Shown here: positions 1 to 9,668 of the stretch, one piece after another | How the letters are laid out: every line of letters starts with the position of its first letter | How positions within the stretch are numbered: the stretch's first letter is position 1 | NCBI GenBank assembly: GCA_943787795.1 | Contig: CALSNU010000002.1 | Location: forward strand, 352,001-416,000 | Reading direction: 5' to 3' | Origin: an uncultured bacterium | GTDB taxonomy: Bacteria > Planctomycetota > UBA1135 > GCA-002686595 | Length of the DNA: 64,000 nucleotides | The notes under the pieces: model-generated | What the model was told of the DNA's origin: nothing | The model's database searches: none | Seen by the model: the letters and a program-made list of their open reading frames with translations, nothing else | Made by a program: the position numbers and the translations under genes

Positions 1-525
1 GCAGCGCCGCGGGCCGCCGCGCAGCCCGTCGATCGTGCAGATCACAGCCAGGGTCCAGAGAGCAGCTGCAGGTACATCTGGACGTACCTCCAAGGACTTC
101 TCCACGAAGAGGAGCGTCGTGGCGTGCAAGGCCACAGCGACGGCCGGGATCAGACCGGTGCTCAATCGGCGGGCCAGCGAATAGGTGAGCCAAAGGCCAG
201 CCGCTGCCGTCACGGCCATCAAGGCCCGCGATGAGATAAGGGCGGCCCAACTGGCACCGATCAGATCAAGGGGCCACGACAAGAGCCACGCGAACCACGA
301 GGAGTGGTGCTCGAAGTAGTCCACGTGCGGCGTGAGCCCACGGCTGATGCTGTAGGCGCCGTGGAGATGCTGCATCTCATCCGGGTCGAAGTCCCTGGAG
401 AGCAGCAGCGGGATCCGATGGAGGACAAGGACGCCGATAAAGAGCAACAGGCACCAGCCCCCTCGGCCCTTCCGGATGTCTCCGGCGGCCTGCGGATCTG
501 GATGCGCGTCGGTGGTCGTCTTCAA
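1..525 (-). CDS. GT-C fold membrane glycosyltransferase (ArnT/GT39-like), N-terminal part; runs off the left edge
   Basis: Not in the ORF track; translated by hand. TTG start at 525 with GGAG about 5 nt upstream. MKTTTDAH...WCLLLFIGVLVLHRIPLLLSRDFDPDEMQHLHGAYSISRGLTPHVDYFEHHSSWF...EKSLEVRPDVPAAALW: a TM helix followed by a DE motif, a GxxPxxDxFEHH motif, further TM helices and an EVRPD motif. Confidence 0.7.
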   Translation of the reverse strand, partial: MKTTTDAHPDPQAAGDIRKGRGGWCLLLFIGVLVLHRIPLLLSRDFDPDEMQHLHGAYSISRGLTPHVDYFEHHSSWFAWLLSWPLDLIGASWAALISSRALMAVTAAAGLWLTYSLARRLSTGLIPAVAVALHATTLLFVEKSLEVRPDVPAAALWTLAVICTIDGLRGGPRRC

Positions 526-649
526 CGGTGCTCCATTCGCAGAGATGGCCAGAGGGAACTCAGCCGCCCTTGATAATAAGGACCGATCGCCACCACCGCG
601 TGGTGGTCAGCCCATGATCCCGGCTTGGACTCGAGCCCTCCGCCACGTC

Positions 650-1987
650 TCAAGCAGAACGGCGACCGCGATCCGCACCGCCCAGCCAGCGGCTGACGAT
701 GTCGTACAGATCGTCGATCTCGACCGGCTTGGAGATGAAGTCACTCATGCCGGCGTCCAGACAGGCCTGCCGATCGCCCCGCATGGCGTTCGCTGTCATG
801 GCGACGATGGGTGGCAGCGGCTTACCGGAGGCCCTCAGGGTCTCGGTCGCCTGAAGGCCTGAGCACTCGGGCATGTGCCAGTCCATCAGCACGAGGTCAA
901 ACTCGGACTCGAGCGTCGCGCGGACCGCCTCGTTTCCATTCTCCACCCAGGAGACCTGCAGCCCGAAGCGCTCCAACATCTTCTTGGCGACCTTCGCGTT
1001 CGTCAGGTTGTCCTCTGCCAACAGGACTCGGCCAGAGAGGGCTCGCCTCTCTTCAGCCGAGCTCTTCTTGGCCTCCTCCGCGGAGTCCGGAGACCCTTGA
1101 TCCGCTCTCTTGAGGGGCAGGTGGACGATGAACGTCGAGCCCTCTCCCTCTGTGCTCTTGGCCTCCACGCGACCGCCCATCTTCTCGGCCAGCAAGCGGC
1201 AGATGGTGAGTCCGAGCCCAGAGCCACCGAAGCGGCGCGTCGTGGACTGATCCGCCTGCGTGAAGCGCTCGAAGATGCGATCGAGCCGGTCGGGTCGAAT
1301 CCCAACGCCGGTGTCCGCGACCTCGATGACGATGTCCTCGGCTTCGACGCGGACCTTGATGGTCACCGACCCCTCGGCCGTGAACTTCAGCGCGTTCCCC
1401 ACCAGGTTCATGACCACCTGGCGGATACGGAGACCGTCCGCGATGAAGAGGCCCTTCGCCGACTTCTCGACATCAAGAATGAGCGAGAGGCCCCGCTCTT
1501 CAGCGCGACTTGAGAGCAGGCTGACCACCCGTCCGATCAGGTCCTCGAGGTCGGTCGGCGCCTCCTGGAGGTCCATCTGGCCGGACTCGATCTTCGACAG
1601 GTCCAGGATGTCGTTGATGATCCGCATCAGGAGCCGTGCCGAGTCCTCGATCACGCCGACGCACTCCTCCTGCTCCGTGTCCAGCAGGCCCTCGCGCATC
1701 AGGCTGACCATCCCGAGCACACCGTTCATCGGCGTCCGGAGCTCGTGGCTCATGTTGGCGAGGAACTCCGACTTGGATCGGGATGCCTCCTCGGCTTGCC
1801 CGACGGCCGTCCGCAGGGCCTCCGTCCGCTGGAGCACCTTCTCTTCAAGCTCATCACGCGCGCTGGCCAGGGACTGGTTCGCGAGCCACAACTCCGACGC
1901 CTTCGACTCCAGGAGGCCCTCAGCCTCCTGGCGTGCTCTCCGCTCTCTCCCGAGGCGAGAGATCCAGACGTCGTCGCTCGTGGACAT
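650..1987 (-). CDS. Soluble hybrid sensor histidine kinase (HisKA-HATPase-REC), H-NOX-associated
   Basis: H-box FLANMSHELRTPMNG, N-box NLVGNALKFT, G boxes DTGVGI and GGSGLGL, C-terminal receiver (LLAEDN...DLVLMDWHMP...KP). N-terminal coiled coil ERRARQEAEGLLESK with no TM segment. Starts 5 nt downstream of the H-NOX gene. Confidence 0.92.
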   Translation of the reverse strand: MSTSDDVWISRLGRERRARQEAEGLLESKASELWLANQSLASARDELEEKVLQRTEALRTAVGQAEEASRSKSEFLANMSHELRTPMNGVLGMVSLMREGLLDTEQEECVGVIEDSARLLMRIINDILDLSKIESGQMDLQEAPTDLEDLIGRVVSLLSSRAEERGLSLILDVEKSAKGLFIADGLRIRQVVMNLVGNALKFTAEGSVTIKVRVEAEDIVIEVADTGVGIRPDRLDRIFERFTQADQSTTRRFGGSGLGLTICRLLAEKMGGRVEAKSTEGEGSTFIVHLPLKRADQGSPDSAEEAKKSSAEERRALSGRVLLAEDNLTNAKVAKKMLERFGLQVSWVENGNEAVRATLESEFDLVLMDWHMPECSGLQATETLRASGKPLPPIVAMTANAMRGDRQACLDAGMSDFISKPVEIDDLYDIVSRWLGGADRGRRSA

Positions 1988-1992
1988 CTAAC

Positions 1993-2529
1993 TCAGCTGA
2001 CGACGAAGCGGCAGGCCGTGCCCTCTGATCCCTCGACATCCTCACGGCGAACCGATCGCGTCTCACCGAAGTGCTGCAGGCACCCCTCGATCAGGCCCTC
2101 CGCAAAGTCCGCAAAGGGCCGAGGCGAGGTGTACGTGAGGTCGACGCCCCCGCAGTCCATGATCTTCACGTCGAAGGAGGGCAACTCGGCGTCGGGATAG
2201 AGCTTGCGGACGGCCGTGTGAATGGTGTCCTCGATCCCGGAGAGGAACGTCGGCGCGTCATCGACCCCATCGAAGAACTCAGGGAACTTCTGATAGAAGC
2301 GGTCGAAAAGGTGCTCGCCGAAGGCCTTGATGAGCAAGGGCACGGGGATCCCTGACCGTTCCCCGAGCTTCTGCACGAGGGCGACGAGCTCCCGGAAGTC
2401 ATACGTCCCCACAGCGGTGTAGGCCCCACCGGTCGAGAGCTCGCATCCATCGACCAACGCGTCAACCTCGTCGAGCCCGTTCTGCTGCTCGATCATCTCG
2501 AAGAACTCGGTGAATACGATCCCTTTCAT
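1993..2529 (-). CDS. H-NOX (heme nitric oxide/oxygen-binding) protein
   Basis: Start moved to ATG 2529: MKGIVFTEF is the typical H-NOX N-terminus. Proximal His in IHTAVRKLYPDAELPSF and the YxSxR heme motif (YTSPR). Confidence 0.93.
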   Translation of the reverse strand: MKGIVFTEFFEMIEQQNGLDEVDALVDGCELSTGGAYTAVGTYDFRELVALVQKLGERSGIPVPLLIKAFGEHLFDRFYQKFPEFFDGVDDAPTFLSGIEDTIHTAVRKLYPDAELPSFDVKIMDCGGVDLTYTSPRPFADFAEGLIEGCLQHFGETRSVRREDVEGSEGTACRFVVS

Positions 2530-2777
2530 CACATGGCTCCCTTCAGTGAATGTGTCTGACCCTCCGCTACCTGGGTGCAACGGTGGACGCCTGGCTCCGT
2601 GTCCCGGCATGGGAAACATCGGGCCCAAAGCGCCCTTCCTTGAGACTTTTCGGCCCTCATTCATGACCACGCGTCTGGCCTCTATCCGTGGGAACGGCAT
2701 CCTCTTTTGCGTAGCTAGGGGGGCACAAGTGCCCCCGATAGCCGTCCCTTCCCAAGCTCCTTATTCGCCTCCAAGAG

Positions 2778-5700
2778 ATGAGAAGTCCCTGCCAACGCCT
2801 CTTCGTATTCGCCCTCGCGGGTGTCGCATCGTTCATCTGGACCCACGAGGCTGAAGGCCAACAGCGAACATTCCTGGGTGGAGGGGGCCCTGGCGGCCGC
2901 GGCGCCTTCACCTGGACCCAGCGGATCGACTTCGAGCAAGCGCCCGCCGGTACCCAGGTCACATCGGTGACCAGCAACGGAGGGTTCGGCCCCGTCACGA
3001 TCACCGGGATCAACCCGCTCCTCCCGGGTCAGAACGCCGCCGTGCTGTTCGACTCTGCCAACCCAACCGGCGGCGACTTTGACCTCGGAGCTCCCAATGA
3101 GGACTTTGGCGGTCCGGGGATCGGCGCGGGGGGAGGGCTCAACAGCCCGTTCGCGAACCAAAGGGCCCTCGGCAACGTCCTGATCGTCGCGAAGGACCTC
3201 GTCGACACCAACGGAGACGGGCTCATCGACGACCCCGACGACGCCGAGAACGCCGGCACGTCCATCGAACTCGACTTCGTGGCGATCGGCGAGGTCGACC
3301 TCGAGGCGATCACCATCCTCGACGTCGAGCCGAAGCAAACGAACGCCACGATCACCCTCTTCGATCCCACAGGTGCGTCGGTCGGGACTTACATGGTGCC
3401 CATGCCGGGCGACAACGGCGTGACCACCATCGACTTCCCCAACGTCCAGCGCGTGCGACGGGCTGTGATCTGGATGGACGGCTCAGGCGCGATCGACAAC
3501 ATCCTCTTCAACCCGCTGAACATCGGCAGGATCGGGGACACCGTCTGGTGTGACCTGAACAACGACGGGGCCCTCCAACCGGGCGAGCCTGGCATCCCTG
3601 GCGTTCGGGTCGACCTCCGCTGCGCTGGCCTCGACGGCGTCCTCGACACGGCCGACGACACGCTGGCCGACACCGTCTCCAACGCCAACGGGCGCTACCA
3701 GTTCACTGGCCTGCTGCCCGGCCTCTGCCGCGTGACCGTGGATACGGCCACCGTCCCCACGGGGAAGGTCCCCGGCCTCTGCCCTCTCGTCTACGAGGTC
3801 GACCTGATTCCCTTCGGCGTCTATCGCAAGGCAGACTTCTGCTTCATCGACGCACCGGCACGTATCGGCGACTTCGTCTGGTGCGACACGAACGACGACG
3901 GCGTCCAGGACCCCCTCGAGCCGGGCATCCCGAACGTTGGCGTCCGGCTCAACTGCGCCGGTCCGGACGGACAGCTCGGGACCGCGGACGACGTGATCCT
4001 CAACACGACCACGGACCCCTCTGGTCTCTACATCTTCGAGGGCCTGACGCCCGACCTCTGCTCCGTCACGGTGGACCCCTTCAGCGTCCCCTCGGACAAG
4101 ACTCAGGGCTCCAACTGCCCGACGTCCTACACGGTGACGCTCAGCGCAAACGGAGAGTTCCTCGACGCAGACTTCTGCTACATCCCGAACCGCGCGACCC
4201 TCGGTGACTTCGTCTGGTGTGACGAGAACGACGACGGCGTCCAGGATCCCACGGAGCCGGGTATCAGCGGCGTCGAGGTCACGCTCACATGCGCCGGACC
4301 GGACCTCCAGCTTGGCACCCCTGATGACATCATCAGCACGCAGCTGACCGACGCCAACGGCCTCTACCTCTTCACGGACATCACCCCCGGCACCTGCCGC
4401 GCGTCCGTCGACTTCACCGCGCCGCCCGCGAACAAGATCCCCGGCAGCAACTGCCCCCCGAGCATCACGACGGTGCTTGACCCCGGCGAGGCGTTCCTGG
4501 ACGCGGACTTCTGCTTCATCACCCCCGGGGAGATCGGCGATCTTGTCTGGTGCGACCTGGATAACGACGGCGTCTTCGACGCTGGCGAGCCTGGGATCGC
4601 GAACGCGACGGTTGACCTCGTCTGCGCCGGCAATGACGGCGTCATCGGCACGGCGGACGACATCGTCGATTCGACCGTGACCGACGCGAACGGCCTGTAC
4701 CTCTTCACCGGCCTCCCGGCGGGGCTCTGCCTCGTCTCGGTCGACTCCTCGACCGTTCCCGTCGGAAAGGTCCCCGGCGTGTGCCCCACGGAGTACACGG
4801 TCAACCTGCCCCTCGCGGGCTCCTTCCTCGACGCTGACTTCTGCTTCATCATCCCCGGCGAAGTCGGTGACTTCGTCTGGTGTGACGAGAACAACAACGG
4901 CCTGCAGGACCCCGGTGAGCCCGGCATCGCCGGCGTCTCCGTCGAGCTTCGCTGCGCTGGCCCGGATGGCGTCATCGACACGGCGGACGACGTGGTCGCC
5001 AGCACCGTGACGAACGCGTTCGGTCTGTACCTGTTCACCGACGTCTTTCCGGATGACTGCGTCGCGCGGGTGGACCCGTCCACCGCGCCCGCGGACAAGG
5101 AGGTCGGGGTCTGCCCCACGGAGGTGACCTTTAGCCTCGCGCCGTCCGAGTCCTTCCTCGATGCGGACTTCTGCTTCCGAAGCCGCCCGGCCTCACTCGG
5201 CGACTTCGTCTGGTGCGACCTCAACAACGACGGCGTCCAGGACCCCGGTGAACCCGGGATCGAAGGCGCCCTCGTCGAGCTCCGCTGCGCCGGGACGGAC
5301 AACGTGCTGAACACGGCGGACGACATCCTTGAGTCGCAGCTCACGGATGCGGCGGGCGCCTACCTCTTCGACCCTGTGGCCCCTGGCCTCTGCGTCGCGC
5401 AGGTCGTGCCCTCGAGCGTCACCGACAAGATCCCGGGCGTGTGCCCGATCAGCGTCACGCTGATCCTGTCACCCGGACAGGCGTTCCTCGACGCGGACTT
5501 CTGCTTCATCGAGCCCCCCGTGGGCAGCATCGGTGACTTTGTCTGGTGCGATGAGAACGACGACGGGGTCCAGGACCCCGGCGAGCCCGGTATCGAGGGT
5601 GTGCGCGTCGACCTCCGCTGCGCCGGCCCCGACACGATCCTCAACACGGCCGACGACATCCTCGACTCCATGGTGACCGGCCCGGCTGGGATGTACCTCT

Positions 5701-7757
5701 TCGAGGACGTCCCCGCAGGTCGGTGCATCGCCAGCGTGGATCCGGGCACCGCCCCGACGCCGAAGGTCCCGGGTACGAGCTGCCCACTCTCCTACGAGAT
5801 CGACCTCGCGGCCGGCGACGCCTACCTCGAGGCCGACTTCTGCTTCGTCGACCCCCCCGCCCGGCTGGGTGACACGGTGTTCTGTGATCTCGACAACGAC
5901 GGTTTCCAGGACGTCGGCGAGCCGGGTATCCCCGGCGTCCGCGTCGACCTGCGCTGCGCGGGTCCCGACGACCTCCTCGGCACCGCCGATGACGTGTTGG
6001 ATAGCCAGGTCACCGACGGCAACGGCCAGTACCTCTTCATCGACCTCGCCGCCGACCAGTGCGAGGTGACGGTCGATATCACCACGGCGCTCCCCAAGAT
6101 CCCGGGCATCTGCCCGACGACGGTCCTGGTGACGCTTCAGCCCGGCGACGAATTCCTCGACGCTGACTTCTGCTTCGTCGAGCTCAGCGCGGTCGGAGAC
6201 TTCGTCTGGTGCGACATCGACAACGACGGAGTCCAGGACCCCAATGAGCCCGGGGTGCCCGACATCACGATCGAGCTCCTCTGCGCCGGCCCGGACCAGA
6301 TCCTCGGGACGGCGGACGATATCGGCGACCAGATGGTCACCGATGCGAGCGGCGGGTACCTCTTCACGGACCTCTTGCCCGGCCCCTGCGTGGTCACGAT
6401 GGATCAATCGACCATCCCCGCCACCAAGGAGCTCGGCATCTGTCCGCCGCAGGTCACCGTCGCGCTACAGCCGGGTGAGGCCTACCTCGACGCTGACTTC
6501 TGCATCCGCTACCGCCAAGGCGGCGACTGCTGTGCCGACGGTCGACCCCGCTCGATCACCCTGCTCTACACCGGCCGGGATTGCTCCGCGACGGTGACAA
6601 GCCAGCCGAGTGACAAGTGGAACTGTGCCGGCGATCCGGGCTTCGCCCAGAACGTCTTCGTGCGGTCGAGCGATGACTCGGATCCGTTCGAGACGGACGC
6701 AGACATCTGGTTTGAAGGAGCGGTGACGCTCAACTCCGAGTTCGTGATCAACACCGCGAACGCCGGAGAAGATCGGTTCGGCTCGCGCACCTACGTGCAC
6801 GTCTTTGACTCGACTGGCACCAACCTTCTCCAGAGCGTTGAGTTCCATACCTCGTGCTCGCAACCGCTCTTTGTCGGTGACCAGTACGGGAGCATGCGGA
6901 TCATCACCTGCACCGGGGAGAACACGCCGATCCCCGGTGACTGCTGCTCGAACGGGCGGCCTGCGTCTCTGACGTTCATCTACACCGGAGAGAGCTGCGC
7001 AGCCACGAGCACGATGCAGGACCCCGGCAAGGTGGAATGCTCCGGTGATCCGGCGGGGGCCTCCACGGTCTACATCTTCGCCAAGGACGACGACCACGCG
7101 TTCCACTCCCACGGCAAGGTCTGGTTCCAAGGCCTCGTGAACCTCAACGAGCCGTTCATCCTCAGCGCGCAGAACGCGGGTGAGGACCGGCTCGAGAACG
7201 AGACGTTCATCCACATCTTCGATCCCACGGGTGCGACTCTGCTGCAGACGGTGGAGTTCCACACCTCTTGCTCTCAACCGCTTGCGGTCGGGAACCAGTT
7301 CGGCGCGAGCCTGCTGGTGGACTGCACCGGCGAGAACGAGCCCGTCCCTGGCGACTGCTGTGCCAACGGCAAGCCGCGGCAGCTCACCTTCACCTACACC
7401 GGTGATAGCTGCGCCGCGACGAGCACGACGCAGGACCCCGGCAAGGTGGAGTGCTCCGGCGATCCGGCGGCGCGACAGACGGTCTGGATCGTCGCCAAGG
7501 ACGACGACCACTTCCACCACAGCCACGGCCACTTCTGGTTCGAAGGACCCGTCACGCTCGGCGAGAACTTCGTCCTCGACGCGGCCAACGCCGGTGAGGA
7601 CAAGCTTGAGAACGAGACCTTCATCGCGATCTACGACGTGCAAGGCGGCACGATCTTGCAGCAGGTGGAGTTCCACACCTCCTGCTCGCAGCCCCTGTTC
7701 GTCGGCAATCAGTTCGGAGCCTCGCTGCTCGTCGACTGCGTGGGCGAGAACGAGTGA
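2778..7757 (+). CDS. Large secreted repeat protein: N-terminal domain, 9 SdrD-B/Cna-B-like repeats and 3 C-terminal FHTSCSQPL repeats; putative adhesin or surface protein
   Basis: Signal peptide (LFVFALAGVASFIWTHEAEG). Nine ~110-aa repeats GDxVWCDxxxDGxQDPGEPGI...GxYLF...DADFCF, then three ~135-aa repeats GDCC...FHTSCSQPLxVGxQxG. Confidence 0.85.
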   Translation: MRSPCQRLFVFALAGVASFIWTHEAEGQQRTFLGGGGPGGRGAFTWTQRIDFEQAPAGTQVTSVTSNGGFGPVTITGINPLLPGQNAAVLFDSANPTGGDFDLGAPNEDFGGPGIGAGGGLNSPFANQRALGNVLIVAKDLVDTNGDGLIDDPDDAENAGTSIELDFVAIGEVDLEAITILDVEPKQTNATITLFDPTGASVGTYMVPMPGDNGVTTIDFPNVQRVRRAVIWMDGSGAIDNILFNPLNIGRIGDTVWCDLNNDGALQPGEPGIPGVRVDLRCAGLDGVLDTADDTLADTVSNANGRYQFTGLLPGLCRVTVDTATVPTGKVPGLCPLVYEVDLIPFGVYRKADFCFIDAPARIGDFVWCDTNDDGVQDPLEPGIPNVGVRLNCAGPDGQLGTADDVILNTTTDPSGLYIFEGLTPDLCSVTVDPFSVPSDKTQGSNCPTSYTVTLSANGEFLDADFCYIPNRATLGDFVWCDENDDGVQDPTEPGISGVEVTLTCAGPDLQLGTPDDIISTQLTDANGLYLFTDITPGTCRASVDFTAPPANKIPGSNCPPSITTVLDPGEAFLDADFCFITPGEIGDLVWCDLDNDGVFDAGEPGIANATVDLVCAGNDGVIGTADDIVDSTVTDANGLYLFTGLPAGLCLVSVDSSTVPVGKVPGVCPTEYTVNLPLAGSFLDADFCFIIPGEVGDFVWCDENNNGLQDPGEPGIAGVSVELRCAGPDGVIDTADDVVASTVTNAFGLYLFTDVFPDDCVARVDPSTAPADKEVGVCPTEVTFSLAPSESFLDADFCFRSRPASLGDFVWCDLNNDGVQDPGEPGIEGALVELRCAGTDNVLNTADDILESQLTDAAGAYLFDPVAPGLCVAQVVPSSVTDKIPGVCPISVTLILSPGQAFLDADFCFIEPPVGSIGDFVWCDENDDGVQDPGEPGIEGVRVDLRCAGPDTILNTADDILDSMVTGPAGMYLFEDVPAGRCIASVDPGTAPTPKVPGTSCPLSYEIDLAAGDAYLEADFCFVDPPARLGDTVFCDLDNDGFQDVGEPGIPGVRVDLRCAGPDDLLGTADDVLDSQVTDGNGQYLFIDLAADQCEVTVDITTALPKIPGICPTTVLVTLQPGDEFLDADFCFVELSAVGDFVWCDIDNDGVQDPNEPGVPDITIELLCAGPDQILGTADDIGDQMVTDASGGYLFTDLLPGPCVVTMDQSTIPATKELGICPPQVTVALQPGEAYLDADFCIRYRQGGDCCADGRPRSITLLYTGRDCSATVTSQPSDKWNCAGDPGFAQNVFVRSSDDSDPFETDADIWFEGAVTLNSEFVINTANAGEDRFGSRTYVHVFDSTGTNLLQSVEFHTSCSQPLFVGDQYGSMRIITCTGENTPIPGDCCSNGRPASLTFIYTGESCAATSTMQDPGKVECSGDPAGASTVYIFAKDDDHAFHSHGKVWFQGLVNLNEPFILSAQNAGEDRLENETFIHIFDPTGATLLQTVEFHTSCSQPLAVGNQFGASLLVDCTGENEPVPGDCCANGKPRQLTFTYTGDSCAATSTTQDPGKVECSGDPAARQTVWIVAKDDDHFHHSHGHFWFEGPVTLGENFVLDAANAGEDKLENETFIAIYDVQGGTILQQVEFHTSCSQPLFVGNQFGASLLVDCVGENE

Positions 7758-7815
7758 CCCTTGAGCGCCCCTAGGGCTGTGAGTTCCGGCTGATGCCCGA
7801 GCTCGCGGCGACACA

Positions 7816-7849
7816 GAGAGGCGCCTGGCCCACCGGCCAGGCGCCTCTC
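7816..7849 (+). terminator. GC-rich hairpin after the repeat-protein gene, probable terminator or mRNA 3' stabiliser
   Basis: GAGAGGCGCCTGGCC-cacc-GGCCAGGCGCCTCTC, a perfect 15-bp stem with no clear U-tract. Confidence 0.6.
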
Positions 7850-8169
7850 AGCATTCTCTCATCTGACCTGCGGCCAGGGCGCTCGCCTTCCAACGGAGAG
7901 ATTCGGCGACCCCACACCGTCTGACCCGGGGGTTCACCCTGAGAGGGCAGGCGCCTCATTGCAGGCCCACCGCCAACTTCTGGCGACCTCAGGCGCACGC
8001 GGTCGGGGACCACTCCAAGATTGAGTGGATGGTTCTGGATGGCCGAGCTGGGAGTTTCTCACCAGGTCGCACGAACAATTCCGGACATCTACTGATCAAG
8101 AGCATGGGTCGGAGCGAAACCCTGGTGCCCTCCGGCCGACTCCCCATCTCCTCTTTCCACGTCCGTCCC

Positions 8170-9579
8170 ATGATCTCGCGCGTTCTCTCCATCGCTGCGT
8201 TCCTGACGCTCGCCTCTCCAACCTTGGCCCAAGGCCCTGGCTCGTCGATTCCCGCGACCCCCAGCGCCGCCAACGCCGTGCCCGGCCCCTTCGGCTTCGT
8301 CCGGTGCCTGACGCCGGACCTGGACCCCAACCAGTCGATGTTCCTGCCGCCCTCGGACTGCAGCGCGAACAGCACCAACCCGACCAGCGCGTACGACCCG
8401 GCGAACCTGGACGAGCTCGTCATCCCGGTCGTCTTCCACGTCATCCGGGACAACAACGGCGGTGGCAACGTCCCCAACGCCCGCGTCATCAGCCAGGTCG
8501 AGATCTTCAACGAGGACTTTGGCGCCCTCGCCGGCACGCCCGGCGCGCCGGGCGTGGACACGAAGATCCGGTTCGAACTCGCGACCAGCGACCCCCAGGG
8601 GCAGGCCTCGACCGGGATCATCCGGTACGACAACTCGAGCTGGTTCAACGACAACGGGAACTACTGGAACAGCATCGCGTGGGACCCGAACGTCTATCTC
8701 AACATCTACACCCTCGGCGCGCCGTCCGGCAGCTCCAACGTCCTCGGGTACGTCCCCTTCTTCCCCCAGACCGGGAACGCCGGCAGCGCCGCCGACCGGG
8801 TCGTTCTCCTGAACGGCACTGTCGGTCGTAACGCGCCGCTCGCCCCCTACAACCAGGGGCGCACCGGGACCCATGAGGTCGGCCACTACCTCGGCCTCTA
8901 CCACACGTTCCAGTCCGGCTGCGGCGGCTCCAACTGCTACAACTCCGGCGACCGGATCTGCGACACGAACGCCGAGTCGAACCCCGAGTTCAACTGCGCG
9001 GCCAACTCGTCCAGCTGCGGCAGCACGGACCCGGTTCGCAACTACATGAACTACAGCACGGACACGTGCATGACGAACTTCACCGAGGAGCAGGCGCGCC
9101 GGATGCGCTGCACCCTCGAGTTCTACCGCCCGACCCTGGGGACGCCCGTGGGGCCGATCCTTGGCGCGAACTACTGCGTCGAGACGCCCAACAGCACCGG
9201 CCTGCCCGCGACCCTCGTCGGAACCGGGACCAAGCTGATCGCCAACAATGACTTTGGGATTTACGCCCAGGGCCTCCCCATCAGCTCGCCTGGCTACTTC
9301 ATCTGCAGCCCGAACCAGGCCCAGGTGCCCGGTCCGGGCGGCTCACAGGGCACTCTCTGCGTGGGCAGCTCCACCGGGCGCTACCTGAGCCAGGTGGGCA
9401 ACGCCGGCATCTTCGGGATCATTCCGCTGACCGTCGACCTCACGGCCATCCCCCAGCCGACGGGCAACGTCGCCGTCCAACCGGGCGACACCTGGAACTT
9501 CCAGTGCTGGTATCGCGACTCGATCTTCGGCTTCCCGATCTCCAACTTCACCGACGGCTACACGATCACCTTCGAGTGA
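8170..9579 (+). CDS. Secreted M43 (pappalysin/ulilysin-like) zinc metalloprotease carrying the shared C-terminal WYRD module
   Basis: Start moved to ATG 8170, which gives a signal peptide (MISRVLSIAAFLTLASPTLA/Q). Metzincin motif HEVGHYLGLYHTF, Met-turn NYMNY, IPVVFHV and YLNIY motifs, and a pro-domain Cys (VRCL). Confidence 0.9.
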   Translation: MISRVLSIAAFLTLASPTLAQGPGSSIPATPSAANAVPGPFGFVRCLTPDLDPNQSMFLPPSDCSANSTNPTSAYDPANLDELVIPVVFHVIRDNNGGGNVPNARVISQVEIFNEDFGALAGTPGAPGVDTKIRFELATSDPQGQASTGIIRYDNSSWFNDNGNYWNSIAWDPNVYLNIYTLGAPSGSSNVLGYVPFFPQTGNAGSAADRVVLLNGTVGRNAPLAPYNQGRTGTHEVGHYLGLYHTFQSGCGGSNCYNSGDRICDTNAESNPEFNCAANSSSCGSTDPVRNYMNYSTDTCMTNFTEEQARRMRCTLEFYRPTLGTPVGPILGANYCVETPNSTGLPATLVGTGTKLIANNDFGIYAQGLPISSPGYFICSPNQAQVPGPGGSQGTLCVGSSTGRYLSQVGNAGIFGIIPLTVDLTAIPQPTGNVAVQPGDTWNFQCWYRDSIFGFPISNFTDGYTITFE

Positions 9580-9606
9580 TCACGAGGCGGAGCAAGCCCC
9601 CCATCA

Positions 9607-9655
9607 GAGAGCGGCCCGACGGCCGGCGCGGTGCGCCGGCCGTCGGGCCGCTCTC
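9607..9655. terminator. Long perfect hairpin between convergent genes, probable bidirectional terminator
   Basis: GAGAGCGGCCCGACGGCCGGCGC-ggt-GCGCCGGCCGTCGGGCCGCTCTC, a 23-bp stem between the protease stop and the bioA stop. Confidence 0.7.
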
Positions 9656-9668
9656 GTCCAGGCGAAGC

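Noticed and set aside
2696..2712. Sigma54-like sequence CGGCATCCTCTTTTGCG upstream of the repeat protein
   Set aside because: The spacing is GG-N11-GC rather than the strictly required N10.
3525..7757. Regularly spaced DNA repeats suggesting a CRISPR array or a diversity-generating retroelement
   Set aside because: They are in-frame protein domain repeats that differ mostly at synonymous sites. There are no cas genes, no reverse transcriptase and no adenine-specific variation that I could see.
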